DNA from: Dicyema japonicum
Taxonomy: Eukaryota > Animalia > Dicyemida
DNA: 64,000 bases
NCBI GenBank assembly: GCA_011109175.1
Contig: RDEW01000039.1
Span: forward strand, 322,068 to 386,067
Direction: 5' to 3'
In this document: piece by piece, positions 62,277-64,000 of the stretch
Numbering within the stretch: the stretch's first letter is position 1
How the letters are laid out: each line of letters opens with the position of its first letter
The notes under the pieces: generated by a model
The model's input: the letters and a program-made list of their open reading frames with translations, nothing else
What the model was told of the DNA's origin: nothing
The model's database searches: none
Program-made: the position numbers and the translations under genes

Positions 62277-64000
62277 AGTTATTTTCTTAATTTAAGAAAA
62301 GAAACTTAATACATCCTTAAAAAATTTCAATTATTACGACTGAACTGAATGGAGATATCCTCAGTAAAATCAGTAAACTTCCTGATGATTAAACTAACAA
62401 CCGAATCAGTGGTGACCAAAATTGCTAATCTGGTGATGAATATATAGCGTGGAACAGGTCAGAGGGAATAGCTGTGGGCGCATCGGGATCACGTGATAAT
62501 TAGTTTGGTTTTACCATGGTCTTGGGATGTTAAGTAATAATCATCAATAGCCTTCCGCCTGAACTTGACATCTTATTACTCGTGTGTTCGAATCCGATGA
62601 TGATTTTTTAATGTAAGTCAATTCTCCTAAACAGATCCCATCAGTGAGACTACGAGTCCTTATGGCAATATACAGTAGGCGAATAGTATCTTCCTACCAT
62701 CGCCCTGACAAAATCCATGGTAAAGATTACACCATGAAATTCTTCTACCAAATGTCCGCGACGTAATGTATGATAAAAATTGAATAGAGTAAATCTACTT
62801 CTCCAACCTTTTTTCTGAAGCTGAAACTTGTGTTGATCTTCGACAATCGTGGAGCAGGAGTTGACAAGGACGTCAGAAGGCATGTAAATAGTGTCCCACC
62901 ATTGCAGAAGAATTACCCTCTATATATGGCTATCAAGGTTTTCTGTCACATCACTCTTGAGAATCTCATCAATCAAAAAACATATTAGGAGGAGACATAT
63001 CGATAACTTTGTCTACTCACAACACGGGTTTTCCGGAATTGTAAATCTCAGGGAATGTTGAAGTTTTAAAGAATTTAAGACTAAACTAATGCTGACAGGA
63101 TTAAAAAAATACGTGGACTCGGCCCTATTGAATTTCCATCAGAATAATTTCAACTCAATTGATAAAGGAGTCTGTCATTTTAATAAGGTGATTCTGGAAG
63201 GGAGAAAACTATTTGTCAGATAAGGAATCTTAAAACTCACCAAGAAGAAATTTGATGCAAGCACAATAAACTAATAAAAGAAAGGAATTATTGTTACTAT
63301 GGGCAAGTAGGGAGATTATGTTCCATCTATTCTTAAGACCACAACAGAGTTAATAAATCTGCTTCTTTTTTAAGAATATTTATCTAACACATGAGTTAAG
63401 AGCTATCTTTTCTATGTGGGGGTGATTTCAAGTGATTAAAATAAATCAATACAACAATACATATAAAATGATTTCCTTGACTGAGATATAGTAACAGTTG
63501 GGAGGGTCTACTAGATTTGCAAAGGAATATCTTACTTCCAGTATAACGTAACTATTATTAGATGGGAAAAATAAGTTCGGGAAGTTCAAGGGGAATTAAA
63601 GAAAAGGATTCTTACCTCGGTACTCTAGACTCCCAACTGTTCATATATCTGTTTTTGAAATGTGGTTAGAATGTTATATCTTCAATACAAAAAACGAGAC
63701 TGAGACCTATCAATCGCAGTCCATGACCGGGTATCAACTAGAGCTATTAGAAGCCTTGTTATCAACAAGGTCTGGAACTTATTCCACCACCTTCCATAGC
63801 GCGGGAAGTTCATTTCCACATGGCGCGTTTACTTAGTGATCACGTAAATTTACTTTCGCTTCTGTACAGGATTGGACAATCGTCCTTTCCTCTATGTAAT
63901 TTTATTTTTAAAAACAAGAATTAATTATTTCTAGAATAACTGCAGATGAATTTCTCATCGAATTAACATAATAAACTGTTTTCGATATTAACATAATTTA

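Overview
Eukaryotic, almost certainly animal, nuclear scaffold: AT-rich and gene-dense, with two N gaps (58043-58097, 60486-60911). Host genes are compact and split by very short GT-AG introns (mostly 22-28 nt), so the ORF track fragments or misses most of them. This intron size fits the range reported for dicyemid mesozoans; myxozoans or other miniaturised parasites are not excluded, and the taxon is inference only. By manual splicing and recalled protein homology I recognise MRPL38, a very divergent FoxN2/3-like forkhead gene, UAP1, a divergent MAB21L-like gene, WASHC1, an S6K-like AGC kinase, a UBE2J1-like E2, a WD40 protein, a cathepsin-L-like protease and two paralogous Thr-rich, probably GPI-anchored surface-protein genes, plus several unidentified genes. 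Much of the rest is transposon material: R4/NeSL-like, CRE-like, RTE and Ingi/Vingi-like (with a 2A peptide) non-LTR elements, two hAT elements, Tc1/IS630 relics and a tRNA-derived SINE family with clear target-site duplications. The strongest unexplained signal is about 49 copies of the palindrome CACGTG against about 6-7 expected, concentrated in host genes and independent of reading frame. Many genes carry single-base deletions in regional blocks, most likely assembly errors. I found no rRNA, intact tRNA or CRISPR. Protein identifications come from recalled motifs, not database searches. Coordinates of degenerate elements are approximate.
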